Source: a virus
Lineage: Duplodnaviria; Caudoviricetes
Reading direction: 5' to 3' (one strand)
Length of the DNA: 35,306 bases
Virus record (IMG/VR): IMGVR_UViG_3300037440_000216
Location: 1 to 35,306 of that record
Both the position numbers and the translations under genes were made by a program. The stretch's first letter is position 1, and each line of letters starts with the position of its first letter. Under the pieces are notes generated by a model. That model saw nothing but the letters and a program-made list of their open reading frames with translations, was not told the origin of the DNA and did no database searches. Positions 1 to 7,425 of this stretch are shown piece after piece.

Positions 1-26
1 GTTCTGGCCTGACGCAGCCGATCTCT

Positions 27-140
27 AACCCTCAAGTAGAGGTCGAGGGTTACAGCGTAAGTCTCAACCTGAGGTTGAGGGTTGGCTGGGAGCAAGCGAT
101 TGTTAGCGCGTAGCTAACCCTCAAGTAATGGTTGAAGGTT
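27..140. promoter_or_regulatory. Three 25-bp imperfect palindromic operators (27-51, 59-83, 116-140), MerR-family type
   Basis: AACCCTCAAGTAGAGGTCGAGGGTT, AAGTCTCAACCTGAGGTTGAGGGTT and AACCCTCAAGTAATGGTTGAAGGTT are the same length and share dyad arms (CTCAA-N7-TTGAG core); they lie upstream of the first gene. Confidence 0.75.
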
Positions 141-182
141 GGTGAGTGCGGGGACCGAAGCCCCCGACTAACCTCACCTGTC

Positions 183-485
183 ATGAGCGACACCACAAGC
201 CTAACCGACCTGCCCGTCCCACGGGTGCTCCCTTTCCAATCCGAGCCGGGAAGGCCATACAGACCAACCTCGGGGGAGGAGGGTCGAATATTTGAGGCTC
301 GGTTCTGTGCGGGCTGCGCTGGTGACCACGCCGTCCACGCAGACCAGGATTATGAAAACGGTTGCGCCATCCTGGCCGCCGCCCTCGCCTTCGACATTGA
401 CGAGAAGTTCTATCCCGTCGAGTGGGTCATCGCCGCGGACGGCTACCCGACCTGCACCGCCTTTGATCCTGACGGTTGCTCGTGA
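183..485 (+). CDS. Hypothetical phage protein, Cys-containing
   Basis: ATG at 183 preceded by TAACCT 8 nt upstream; YRPTSGEEG..F...CxxC...GC.IL...YP.EW...P.CT.F pattern typical of a small phage protein family; stop overlaps the next GTG. Confidence 0.7.
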   Translation: MSDTTSLTDLPVPRVLPFQSEPGRPYRPTSGEEGRIFEARFCAGCAGDHAVHADQDYENGCAILAAALAFDIDEKFYPVEWVIAADGYPTCTAFDPDGCS

Positions 486-661
486 TCCCCCGCAGTCGTA
501 AGGTCGAAGACGCCCGCGCCCGCTGGCTCGGATACCAAGACGCCGACCACTACCTCCGCCGGGCAGACGACGAGCTGACACGCAAACGCCGGCCTGACCG
601 CTGGGTCTGGTCCCACTACCGCTCCGTCTTCATGGGCCAGATGCCGCGGGCCAAGCGATGA
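482..661 (+). CDS. Hypothetical protein
   Basis: GTGA and ATGA overlaps with both neighbours. Confidence 0.6.
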   Translation: MIPRSRKVEDARARWLGYQDADHYLRRADDELTRKRRPDRWVWSHYRSVFMGQMPRAKR

Positions 662-927
662 GCGCAGGGGAGGACAAGTGCCAGCGATGCAAAGGCAACA
701 ATATCTGGTCGTGGTCCGTCGATTCCGATCGTTTCAATGCTGCGATGGAATCGCTCGGTCTCGACTCCGGGGCGATTGTCTGTCCGACATGTTTCGTAGA
801 CGGCCACGAGTTAGCAACTGGACTGCGCATCACTTGGACGTTGGAACCACTTAAAGGGCACGGAGGGTTTCACCACATCGGAGCGATTGAGGACGAACGG
901 CCAGCAAGGGGACAAGGACCACGATGA
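658..927 (+). CDS. Hypothetical Zn-binding protein
   Basis: CQRC and CPTC pairs; ATGA overlaps at both ends. Confidence 0.65.
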   Translation: MSAGEDKCQRCKGNNIWSWSVDSDRFNAAMESLGLDSGAIVCPTCFVDGHELATGLRITWTLEPLKGHGGFHHIGAIEDERPARGQGPR

Positions 928-2192
928 CAGATTTCGCAGTCACCAGAACCGACGACCGCCACCGATACGTCTGGGACGGTCCCGAACCCGCGGAAATCAT
1001 CCTCGAACGGCTGGACGAATCCAAGCGCGACCTGACCGCCGAGCTCTCCATCTCAACACCCATCCACGGCATCGGCCACATCTACGGCCCGGTCAAGCTC
1101 AACCTGCTCTCGGACCGCTCCCAGAAGATGCTCGCCAACTCACTCACCGACCGCACCGACGTCATCCCCTGGCAGGTCTACCTCGCCGCGGTGTCCACCG
1201 ACGCCATCAACTGGCTCCGAGAAGGGGAGCCCCCGGAGGAGATCAACCTCGAAACCACCTACCGCACCACCTGGGCGCTGGAGCCGGTCCTCGAAACCGA
1301 CGGCTACACCGTCATCTTTGCCCGCGGCGGATCGGGGAAGAGCCTGCTGGCGGCGACGATGGCGCTGTCGATCGCAACCGGCAAAGACCTCCTCACCGGC
1401 ACCCCGGCGATATGCGGCCCCGTCCTCTACTGCGACTGGGAATCCTCAAAGGACGTGTTGGACTGGCGACTCGCCCGTCTCGCCCGGCCCCTCGGTGTGA
1501 CCAACCCCCCTATCTACTACCGCCGCGAGGCCGGCCCGCTGGCGTCGAAGACCCGGTCGCTGTCCCGGCACATCTCCCGACTCGGCATCGCTGCCATGGT
1601 GGTCGACTCCAAAGGTCTCGCCACGTCAGGCGCCCCGGAATCCTCCGACGGCATCCTCGAGTTGGCCCGCGCCCTGCGTACCCTCGGCACCCCCACCATC
1701 CTGATCGACCACGTCTCCAAAGGTGCGATCAAAGGCGACGACCCAAACATGGCCTTCGGGTCTCAGTACGTCGAGGCGGCAGCACGGCAAGCCTGGTCGG
1801 TGGCGTCGGCGGTCACCCCTGGCGGGATCAGCCTGCGACTGACCAACACCAAGGCCAACAACGGGCGCAAGGCTCGCCCGGTCGGGGTCGAATACATCTT
1901 CGACGGCGACGAAATCCACATCACGACCAGCGAAGCCCCGGCCAAACCGCCGGTCGGACAGCGGACGACGACGGCGGACACAGGCGAGGGGGGACCGACC
2001 GCCGAGGAGCGCATCTGCGACCTGCTGGTAATCGCCCCCGGCCAATACAGCGTCAAAGAGATTGCCGAGGTCTTGGAGATCAGCTACGAGGCGGCGCAGA
2101 AGGCGATCAAGCGCTCCGACCGGCTCAGCTTCGACCACGCCACCCGGTCAGTCATCGACACCGGCCAGGACGCCCTCCCCGACCCCTGGTAA
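924..2192 (+). CDS. RecA-like (AAA_25/RepA-type) DNA helicase/ATPase with C-terminal HTH
   Basis: Walker A ARGGSGKS, VLYCDWE, Walker B MVVDS, LIDH and FGS motifs, KANNG; C-terminal SVKEIAEVLEISYEAAQKAIKR HTH. Confidence 0.85.
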   Translation: MTDFAVTRTDDRHRYVWDGPEPAEIILERLDESKRDLTAELSISTPIHGIGHIYGPVKLNLLSDRSQKMLANSLTDRTDVIPWQVYLAAVSTDAINWLREGEPPEEINLETTYRTTWALEPVLETDGYTVIFARGGSGKSLLAATMALSIATGKDLLTGTPAICGPVLYCDWESSKDVLDWRLARLARPLGVTNPPIYYRREAGPLASKTRSLSRHISRLGIAAMVVDSKGLATSGAPESSDGILELARALRTLGTPTILIDHVSKGAIKGDDPNMAFGSQYVEAAARQAWSVASAVTPGGISLRLTNTKANNGRKARPVGVEYIFDGDEIHITTSEAPAKPPVGQRTTTADTGEGGPTAEERICDLLVIAPGQYSVKEIAEVLEISYEAAQKAIKRSDRLSFDHATRSVIDTGQDALPDPW

Positions 2193-2211
2193 ATTATTTG
2201 TCCCAAACCTC

Positions 2212-2245
2212 TTGACGGTGTCCAATAGTATGGTACAGTGAGGAT
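2212..2245 (+). promoter_or_regulatory. SigA-type promoter, probably leaderless
   Basis: TTGACG (2212-2217), 16 nt spacer, TGG-TACAGT (2234-2239); ATG at 2246; AT-rich intergenic region. Confidence 0.7.
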
Positions 2246-2461
2246 ATGAGCAAAGCAGAAACATTCAAGGCAAGAGCCAACCGGCTCTTTGTCACCGGCA
2301 ACCCGGGCGCATCTATCAGTCGATGGACCCTCGAACCACAATCCGTTACCTACCCGACAGGACTCACCGGAACCGGCGGTCGCTTCATCGGAACCGGGCC
2401 CGGCTACCGGACCACCGAACTGATGGTCACCGAGTCCAACGGCGAGATGATGATCCGATGA
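2246..2461 (+). CDS. Hypothetical protein
   Basis: Directly behind the promoter; ATGA overlap with the next gene. Confidence 0.7.
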   Translation: MSKAETFKARANRLFVTGNPGASISRWTLEPQSVTYPTGLTGTGGRFIGTGPGYRTTELMVTESNGEMMIR

Positions 2462-2745
2462 GGGACACCATCACAATCACCGTCCCGGCCAGGTTCTGGG
2501 AGGATCACCTCGACCGGGGATGCCGCTGCCACGAGGCCTGCCCAGACAGAGCAGAGCACGAAGGCGACGGAGGGTACGGCACCCTGACGTCGAAGGGGTA
2601 TCGAGTCGAACTGACCGGCATCGACGCCCAGGAACTGGCCTCGGACGCTCGCCACTACTCAAACGCCGTGCAGATGATGGGCTCCGACTACATCGGCTTG
2701 CAGTCATCGGCTAGAGCTACCGTGAGACGACTGGCTGGGTCGTGA
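2458..2745 (+). CDS. Hypothetical protein (MRDTITITVPARFWEDH...)
   Basis: ATGA and GTGA overlaps with both neighbours. Confidence 0.7.
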   Translation: MRDTITITVPARFWEDHLDRGCRCHEACPDRAEHEGDGGYGTLTSKGYRVELTGIDAQELASDARHYSNAVQMMGSDYIGLQSSARATVRRLAGS

Positions 2746-2966
2746 CCATCCCAGACATTGCCGACGGGCTCGGACTAGTCGACATCACCGCCATCGCCGG
2801 CAGGCTCGGCGTACCCAAAGACACAGTCAATAAATGGCGATACCGCGGACTACTCCCCGCCCCGGACTTCGACCTCAGCGTCGGCCCGATCTGGGAATGG
2901 GAGACAATCGAGTCCTGGGCGCAGTCCACCGGCAGACTCCCAGAAACCGCCCCTGACCAGGACTAA
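2742..2966 (+). CDS. AlpA/Xis/BldC-like winged HTH DNA-binding protein
   Basis: LVDITAIAGRLGVPKDTVNKWRYRGLLPAPD...PIWEWETIESW pattern. Confidence 0.85.
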   Translation: MTIPDIADGLGLVDITAIAGRLGVPKDTVNKWRYRGLLPAPDFDLSVGPIWEWETIESWAQSTGRLPETAPDQD

Positions 2967-3158
2967 CGGACAACCTGTCCGATATCTGTCCGATCAGAGG
3001 GTGCGCGTGTCCGAAAGTCCAGGTCAGAGCGTTTTGGACCTGTCCGCGGACAACCTGTCCGATCCAACGGACATGGTGTCCGAAAGTCCAGGTCACGCAT
3101 AGAATCGGACACCAATCGGACAACAATCGGACACGACCCCCCCCCTATAAGGGGGGTC
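2967..3158. repeat. TGTCCG/CGGACA repeat array with terminal C9-TATAA-G6 hairpin; putative replication origin or packaging locus
   Basis: CGGACA-N3-TGTCCG palindromes at 2967, 3047 and 3068; GTGTCCGAAAGTCCAGGTCA at 3007 and 3076; AATCGGACA at 3103, 3114 and 3125; hairpin at 3135-3158. Confidence 0.75.
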
Positions 3159-3292
3159 AGTCCCGGCCGAATTGGAAAAAAGAAGACTGACGGTGTTCAG
3201 ACGCGCAGTGCAGACCCCCGACCGTCTCCGGCGTTCTGTTTTGGGTTTTGCCTGAGTCTCGGTGGTAGTCAGGGCTCGGTGTCGTCGTGTCC

Positions 3293-3478
3293 TCATCGAG
3301 GGGTGGTGGTGTTGGCGTCTTGGTCCGGGTAGCTGATGGCCGGCGGGTCGGCTGGCTCGAGGGGGGGTAGGTGGACGGGGTGGTTGTTTTCTGGCGGGTG
3401 GTAGAGGTCGTGGTCGTCGTGGGCTGGTCGGAGTTCTCTGAGGATGGTGAAGCATTGGAGGCATGTGGTGTCGCCCAT
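3293..3478 (-). CDS. Possible small hypothetical protein
   Basis: ATG with CACAAT 7 nt upstream; CLQC motif; low-complexity and Pro/His-rich, so it may be spurious. Confidence 0.4.
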   Translation of the reverse strand: MGDTTCLQCFTILRELRPAHDDHDLYHPPENNHPVHLPPLEPADPPAISYPDQDANTTTPR

Positions 3479-3517
3479 GTGGCTTATTGTGGTTTGTTGG
3501 TGGCTGGTTGCTGGTGT

Positions 3518-3553
3518 TTGTATGTGGTATGGCTATGTGTTAGCGTGGTGGGC
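3518..3553 (+). promoter_or_regulatory. SigA-type promoter, probably leaderless
   Basis: TTGTAT (3518-3523), 17 nt spacer, TAGCGT (3541-3546); ATG at 3554. Confidence 0.55.
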
Positions 3554-3760
3554 ATGAGTTCATTGAAGGTTGGTAGGCATGAGCGGAGGGGCCGGCATGA
3601 GGTTGCGGTGGTCGATCTGGTTGCTGCTCTGGCTGCAGCGGACACCCCCCTGACGGCGCTGGGGCGGATCGTCGTGGACCGGGCGCGGCGTGAGCTCTGG
3701 GAGGTCGACTTCGATCAGGCTGGCTATGTCCCGTCGTATTCCGGGCCGAGGGTTGGCTGA
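3554..3760 (+). CDS. Hypothetical protein (MSSLKVGRHERRG...)
   Basis: ATG 7 nt after the -10 element; TGATG overlap with the HTH gene. Confidence 0.6.
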   Translation: MSSLKVGRHERRGRHEVAVVDLVAALAAADTPLTALGRIVVDRARRELWEVDFDQAGYVPSYSGPRVG

Positions 3761-3975
3761 TGTCTGATAAGACGCTGGCCGAGGTCGACCTGGTTGGGGT
3801 GACTGATATTGCCCGTAGGGCTGGGGTGACGACGATGGCGGTGCAGAAGTGGCGTGAGCGGTACACCGATTTCCCTGACCCGGTGGTGGTGTTGGTGCGG
3901 GAGTACCACGATTTGTCGTTGTGGGATTGGTCGGTGGTGGATGCGTGGCGGAGTGCGCGGGGGTTGGGGCGATGA
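3760..3975 (+). CDS. Second AlpA/Xis/BldC-like HTH protein
   Basis: LVGVTDIARRAGVTTMAVQKWRERYTDFPDP...LWDWSVVDAW; similar to 2742-2966. Confidence 0.85.
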   Translation: MSDKTLAEVDLVGVTDIARRAGVTTMAVQKWRERYTDFPDPVVVLVREYHDLSLWDWSVVDAWRSARGLGR

Positions 3976-4003
3976 GGGTGGAGCCAAAGAGAGAGGCAAT
4001 GTC

Positions 4004-4240
4004 ATGAGGTATCTAGCAATCAGCCTGGACAAGGGCTCGATCATCGTGGGGGTCGATGTCTGTCAGCGGTGTTTCCATTGGTCAGGCTCGACATGGTGGA
4101 AAACCAAGTTGTGGCAGCACCCTACGACGGGGAAGGTACACAATGCCGACAGTTGGACACCAGGGCAGACCGAGTGCGGGGTCAGATTCCCCAGCGGGAC
4201 GAAGATCGCCGACAAGACCGTCGCCGTGAGCGTCACATGA
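4004..4240 (+). CDS. Hypothetical protein
   Basis: GAGAGG upstream of ATG 4004; CQRC motif; ATGA overlap with the next gene. Confidence 0.55.
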   Translation: MRYLAISLDKGSIIVGVDVCQRCFHWSGSTWWKTKLWQHPTTGKVHNADSWTPGQTECGVRFPSGTKIADKTVAVSVT

Positions 4241-4506
4241 GGGTCGACGTATGGCCGGTAATAGTCCGCGGGAAAGCCAGGGCGAACAGGGCGAGAGTCC
4301 TCTGGGACAACGGGACGCTGTACGTCGTCCACTCAGCCAACCGCATCGAGAGCCTGGCGGCGTCCGAGCCGACGTTGGACAAGCGTACCCAGGTGTGGAC
4401 GGCGGCGACCGAGGACGGGTCGGTGACGTTCACCCGCAAGGGCTGCTCCGGTTGTGGCTTCACTCTCAACCGGATACCGATCAGCCAGATAATGGGGGAG
4501 TCGTGA
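4237..4506 (+). CDS. Hypothetical protein
   Basis: ATGA start and GTGA end; C-terminal GCSGCG. Confidence 0.65.
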   Translation: MRVDVWPVIVRGKARANRARVLWDNGTLYVVHSANRIESLAASEPTLDKRTQVWTAATEDGSVTFTRKGCSGCGFTLNRIPISQIMGES

Positions 4507-4583
4507 CCACCCTCCTCCTCTTCTTCGCTGCCGCCGTGGTCTTGTTTTGCGTCGGCGGGTGGCTGCGGGGACTGCGGCGATGA
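4503..4583 (+). CDS. 26-aa single-TM peptide
   Basis: MTTLLLFFAAAVVLFCVGGWLRGLRR; overlap-coupled at both ends. Confidence 0.5.
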   Translation: MTTLLLFFAAAVVLFCVGGWLRGLRR

Positions 4584-4840
4584 GCGACCTCACCGAAGCG
4601 TTGGAGGTGTGGGGTCGGCTTCACCTGTCCGACGCGAACCTGAACCTGATCAAAGACGCTGCTCGTAGGTGGGCGGCTCTCGACACGGAGGAAACCAGGG
4701 AGGCCATCGCCGGGGCACTCTATGAGAAGGAGTTCGGCGACGAATGGGAAGACGAAGTGCTCTATGGCACTGCCGCCCCACTCTACCGCCAGATGGCCGA
4801 CACGGTTCTCGCCGTCCTGAAGGATTCCCCCGATGTCTGA
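4580..4840 (+). CDS. Hypothetical protein
   Basis: ATGA start; helical acidic protein. Confidence 0.65.
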   Translation: MSDLTEALEVWGRLHLSDANLNLIKDAARRWAALDTEETREAIAGALYEKEFGDEWEDEVLYGTAAPLYRQMADTVLAVLKDSPDV

Positions 4841-4922
4841 GAACTGGCGCTACACGGCAATCCTCGTCGGTTTCCTGGCCTTCTGGCTGGTTGCTGCCTG
4901 GGCAGACGGAGGGTGGGCGTGA
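4833..4922 (+). CDS. 29-aa single-TM peptide
   Basis: MSENWRYTAILVGFLAFWLVAAWADGGWA; fills the gap and has a GTGA overlap with the next gene. Confidence 0.5.
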   Translation: MSENWRYTAILVGFLAFWLVAAWADGGWA

Positions 4923-5143
4923 GCGTTCACATCTGCTACGGCCCGCCGATGGAAGAAGTCCGTCGTGACTTCGATGGTGTTCGTTGGTGTTTCGTCTGCC
5001 GCAAGCAGCGACGGTTCGACTTTGTGGTGGATGCTCCAACCGAACCGTCGTACTACGGGCCTAACGCTGGGATCGAATGTGAGAACGGGCACACAGACGG
5101 AGACCTGTTTCCGGGTCGTGTTCGAGAATGGAGTGAGGGATGA
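4919..5143 (+). CDS. Hypothetical Zn-ribbon-like protein
   Basis: RWCFVCRK...YYGP...CENGH; overlap-coupled. Confidence 0.65.
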   Translation: MSVHICYGPPMEEVRRDFDGVRWCFVCRKQRRFDFVVDAPTEPSYYGPNAGIECENGHTDGDLFPGRVREWSEG

Positions 5144-5316
5144 GCACCCTCGCCCCTCTCGTCACCGTCCACCACGTCAAGTGCGGCGGTCGGATAATCC
5201 CGATCCCTACCCCGCCCTTCGTCAATAAGGCGCCTCAAACATCCATCGCGTACGGCGAGTTTGGCGCCTGCGAACGATGCGGCCTCCGCGGCGAGTTGGT
5301 CGAGGTCGCCAAATGA
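5140..5316 (+). CDS. 58-aa hypothetical Zn-binding protein
   Basis: MSTLAPLVTVHHVKCGG...ACERCGLRGELVEVAK, read by hand; ATGA overlaps at both ends. Confidence 0.55.
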   Translation: MSTLAPLVTVHHVKCGGRIIPIPTPPFVNKAPQTSIAYGEFGACERCGLRGELVEVAK

Positions 5317-5582
5317 TTCTCGCCGAGATCACCGTGACCGGGCTTATCGCCTATCGCATCTGGCGCCTGATCGCCGTGGACTCCATCACCAAACCGCTGC
5401 GGGAGCGCATCGAGCAGAGAGGGTTCTGGTGGGACTGGCTGTCGTGTCCATGGTGCTCGGGAACATGGCTGGCCCTCGGTGTGGCTCTCGGTCTGTCGCT
5501 GATCGACCTCCTATCCTCGCCGTGGTGGCTGGTGGGCGCCGCGGCTGCGGTCGTGGTCGGTTGGCTCGGGGATCGGCTCTAG
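5313..5582 (+). CDS. DUF1360-like membrane protein
   Basis: YRIWRLIAVDSITKPLR...LSCPWCSGTW plus hydrophobic helices. Confidence 0.75.
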   Translation: MILAEITVTGLIAYRIWRLIAVDSITKPLRERIEQRGFWWDWLSCPWCSGTWLALGVALGLSLIDLLSSPWWLVGAAAAVVVGWLGDRL

Positions 5583-5583
5583 T

Positions 5584-5844
5584 GTGCGGACAACGCTCCC
5601 AGGATTCAACAAGCCGGCACGCCAGGTCTGGCGCGGGTCGCTTGCGGTCGAGGTCTACGACGGTGCTAGGCACTGCTCTCGTTGCACCTTCGGGGCTGTC
5701 GTCCGGTTGGGGCCCTTCACACAGGACGCCCTGTTCTACCATGGCGGCTACGGGGCCAGCGAGTCGGTGATGGTCGACGTCTGCTGTGCTTGTGGTCACA
5801 CCAAGCCGGTAGTCGTCCTGACTGTCCGCCCACCTAGACGGTAA
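5584..5844 (+). CDS. Hypothetical Zn-finger protein
   Basis: CSRC and CCAC pairs; last gene of the + arm. Confidence 0.6.
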   Translation: MRTTLPGFNKPARQVWRGSLAVEVYDGARHCSRCTFGAVVRLGPFTQDALFYHGGYGASESVMVDVCCACGHTKPVVVLTVRPPRR

Positions 5845-5882
5845 AGCTGCCCAAAGTCCCTTAGAACGCATCCTCGTGGCTC

Positions 5883-6761
5883 TCAGAGCGTCCTAGCATC
5901 GTGCGCGGCCCGGTAAATCGGCTTCAACAACTCGACAACCGCCGCGGCATCGTGAAACCGCTGGACATGGGCCAGGCCGCGTTCAGACCACGTCGCGCGG
6001 ACGGCAGGGTCGGCCATAGCCACCAAAGCCTCGTAAATGGTGTCCTCAGTCGCCTCGTAGAAAGGCAGCTCCCCGAACCGGCTGCGCATCTCGGCGAGAG
6101 TACCAGGCGCCCCGCCGCAGATCACCGGGAGACCCATCCCCCACGCCTCGATTGCGTTGCTGCCGTAGCCGAGGATGACCTGGTCGAAGTAGACGTCGAC
6201 CGTCCCTTTGCGGCTCAGGCATTCGGCCCACGTCTTGCGCTCGGTCAATACCAGCTCGACGTTGACCTCCCGACGTAGGCGCTTCACCGCGGCGATCAGA
6301 CCGTCGGTGGATTTGATTGCGCGCCTCGTCGGGGAGTGGCCGACCCGTAGCACCCCGTCGTCGACCGGAGCGCGGTGAGACATCAACCAGTCGAGGTCAT
6401 AGGGTGCCGGACACCACGTCAACTCGTCGGGTGCCAACAACCAGAGGTCTAGTGTGGATGCCAGCCCGGCCGCCCCTCGGGCTCGCTGCTCGTTCAGGAA
6501 TCGGCCGGCGTTGGCTCGGAACCCTGTCCCGTGATAGTGGACGACGGTCGGCATCAGTGGGAGACTTCCGATTCTGTTGTTGGCGTGGACTACATCGAAA
6601 GTCAGGGGGTCGGCGCGAGCCAAGTCCCGCGGGTAATGGATGTAGTTGACCGACCGCGCCACCTGGCGATAATCCCAGTCGGTGTGAGCGTCGAAGGCCC
6701 GTTTGAGAAGGTGTCCGACCCCGCCGCGGTCAGCGCCTGGCGAGTAGTTGAGTATCCTCAT
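5883..6761 (-). CDS. Glycosyltransferase, GT-B fold (GT4-like)
   Basis: MRIL...GGV N-terminus, DVVH, HYHGT, VGHSPTRRAIK, DQVILGYGSNAIEAWGMGLPVI. Confidence 0.85.
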   Translation of the reverse strand: MRILNYSPGADRGGVGHLLKRAFDAHTDWDYRQVARSVNYIHYPRDLARADPLTFDVVHANNRIGSLPLMPTVVHYHGTGFRANAGRFLNEQRARGAAGLASTLDLWLLAPDELTWCPAPYDLDWLMSHRAPVDDGVLRVGHSPTRRAIKSTDGLIAAVKRLRREVNVELVLTERKTWAECLSRKGTVDVYFDQVILGYGSNAIEAWGMGLPVICGGAPGTLAEMRSRFGELPFYEATEDTIYEALVAMADPAVRATWSERGLAHVQRFHDAAAVVELLKPIYRAAHDARTL

Positions 6762-7425
6762 ACCGGGAAGGCTCCGTGAACCGTTCGCGGACTAGCCGCC
6801 CCGCGTTGTGCCGCCACGACTCGGCAACCACAGAGATCACGTCGGCGTCGGGTTTCGGCATACCCCTGCCGTGAATCTTCGGGTCATAGGTCGGGATGAC
6901 ATTGTCGAGCCCGGCGACGTAGAGAACCTTAAAGCCTGCCCCGCCGGCCGACTCGATCAGGTCGAGCGTTGCCGCTGCTCGAGTTCTGTCGATCAGCATC
7001 GGTCGGTGAATCGCGCCGCAAGGCACTTGCTCGGGGTCGTAGCCCTGTGCCACCATGATCGACACCGACGCTTTTACAGCCTTGGTGTAGGTGCCGTGGT
7101 TGGGATAGTGGCGGATGTGGTCAGCAATGGAGTATTTGCGGACGTAGACACCGGGGGTCCAGGTAGTCATCGGGAAGGTATCGTCAGCGTTGTAGACGAA
7201 CTCGGGCACATCCAACCAGGCAACGACGCGGCGAAGGTGGCCCAAGACGTTGATGTAAGGGGCGCTGAAATTGGGCGAGTCGATGTGGTGATCTGGCTCG
7301 ATGGTCGTCGGACGCTCCCCCACTGTGACAATACGGGTCACGCCCGCGCACTCGGTCAGGGCGCGGGTTGTGTAAGGGAGACTGGCCGGACGGTTCCGGC
7401 CTATCGGGATGACTGCGGTGGTCAC
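6730..7425 (-). CDS. Stealth-like sugar-phosphate transferase / phage glycosyltransferase (divergent)
   Basis: LPYTTRAL (cf. LRYSLRSL), IVTVGERP, EFVYNADDTF (cf. FxxxNDDxF), HRPMLID, C-terminal FTEPSRYE. Confidence 0.65.
   Translation of the reverse strand: MTTAVIPIGRNRPASLPYTTRALTECAGVTRIVTVGERPTTIEPDHHIDSPNFSAPYINVLGHLRRVVAWLDVPEFVYNADDTFPMTTWTPGVYVRKYSIADHIRHYPNHGTYTKAVKASVSIMVAQGYDPEQVPCGAIHRPMLIDRTRAAATLDLIESAGGAGFKVLYVAGLDNVIPTYDPKIHGRGMPKPDADVISVVAESWRHNAGRLVRERFTEPSRYEDTQLLARR

Noticed and set aside
27-140. Three palindromic 25-mers as a CRISPR array or transposon ends
   Set aside because: The copies are divergent with unequal gaps (7 and 32 bp) and there is no cas or transposase gene; they fit operators better.
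887-2215. 442-aa Arg/Pro/His-rich ORF overlapping the helicase
   Set aside because: Alternative-frame shadow typical of high-GC DNA; the 924-2192 frame carries the ATPase motifs.
4820-4840. DSP near the C-terminus of ORF 4580-4840 (KDSPDV), plus SSP in the portal and 9936-11036 proteins, as further SP tags
   Set aside because: They are not terminal and not full SPSSP, so they could be chance and were not counted as evidence.
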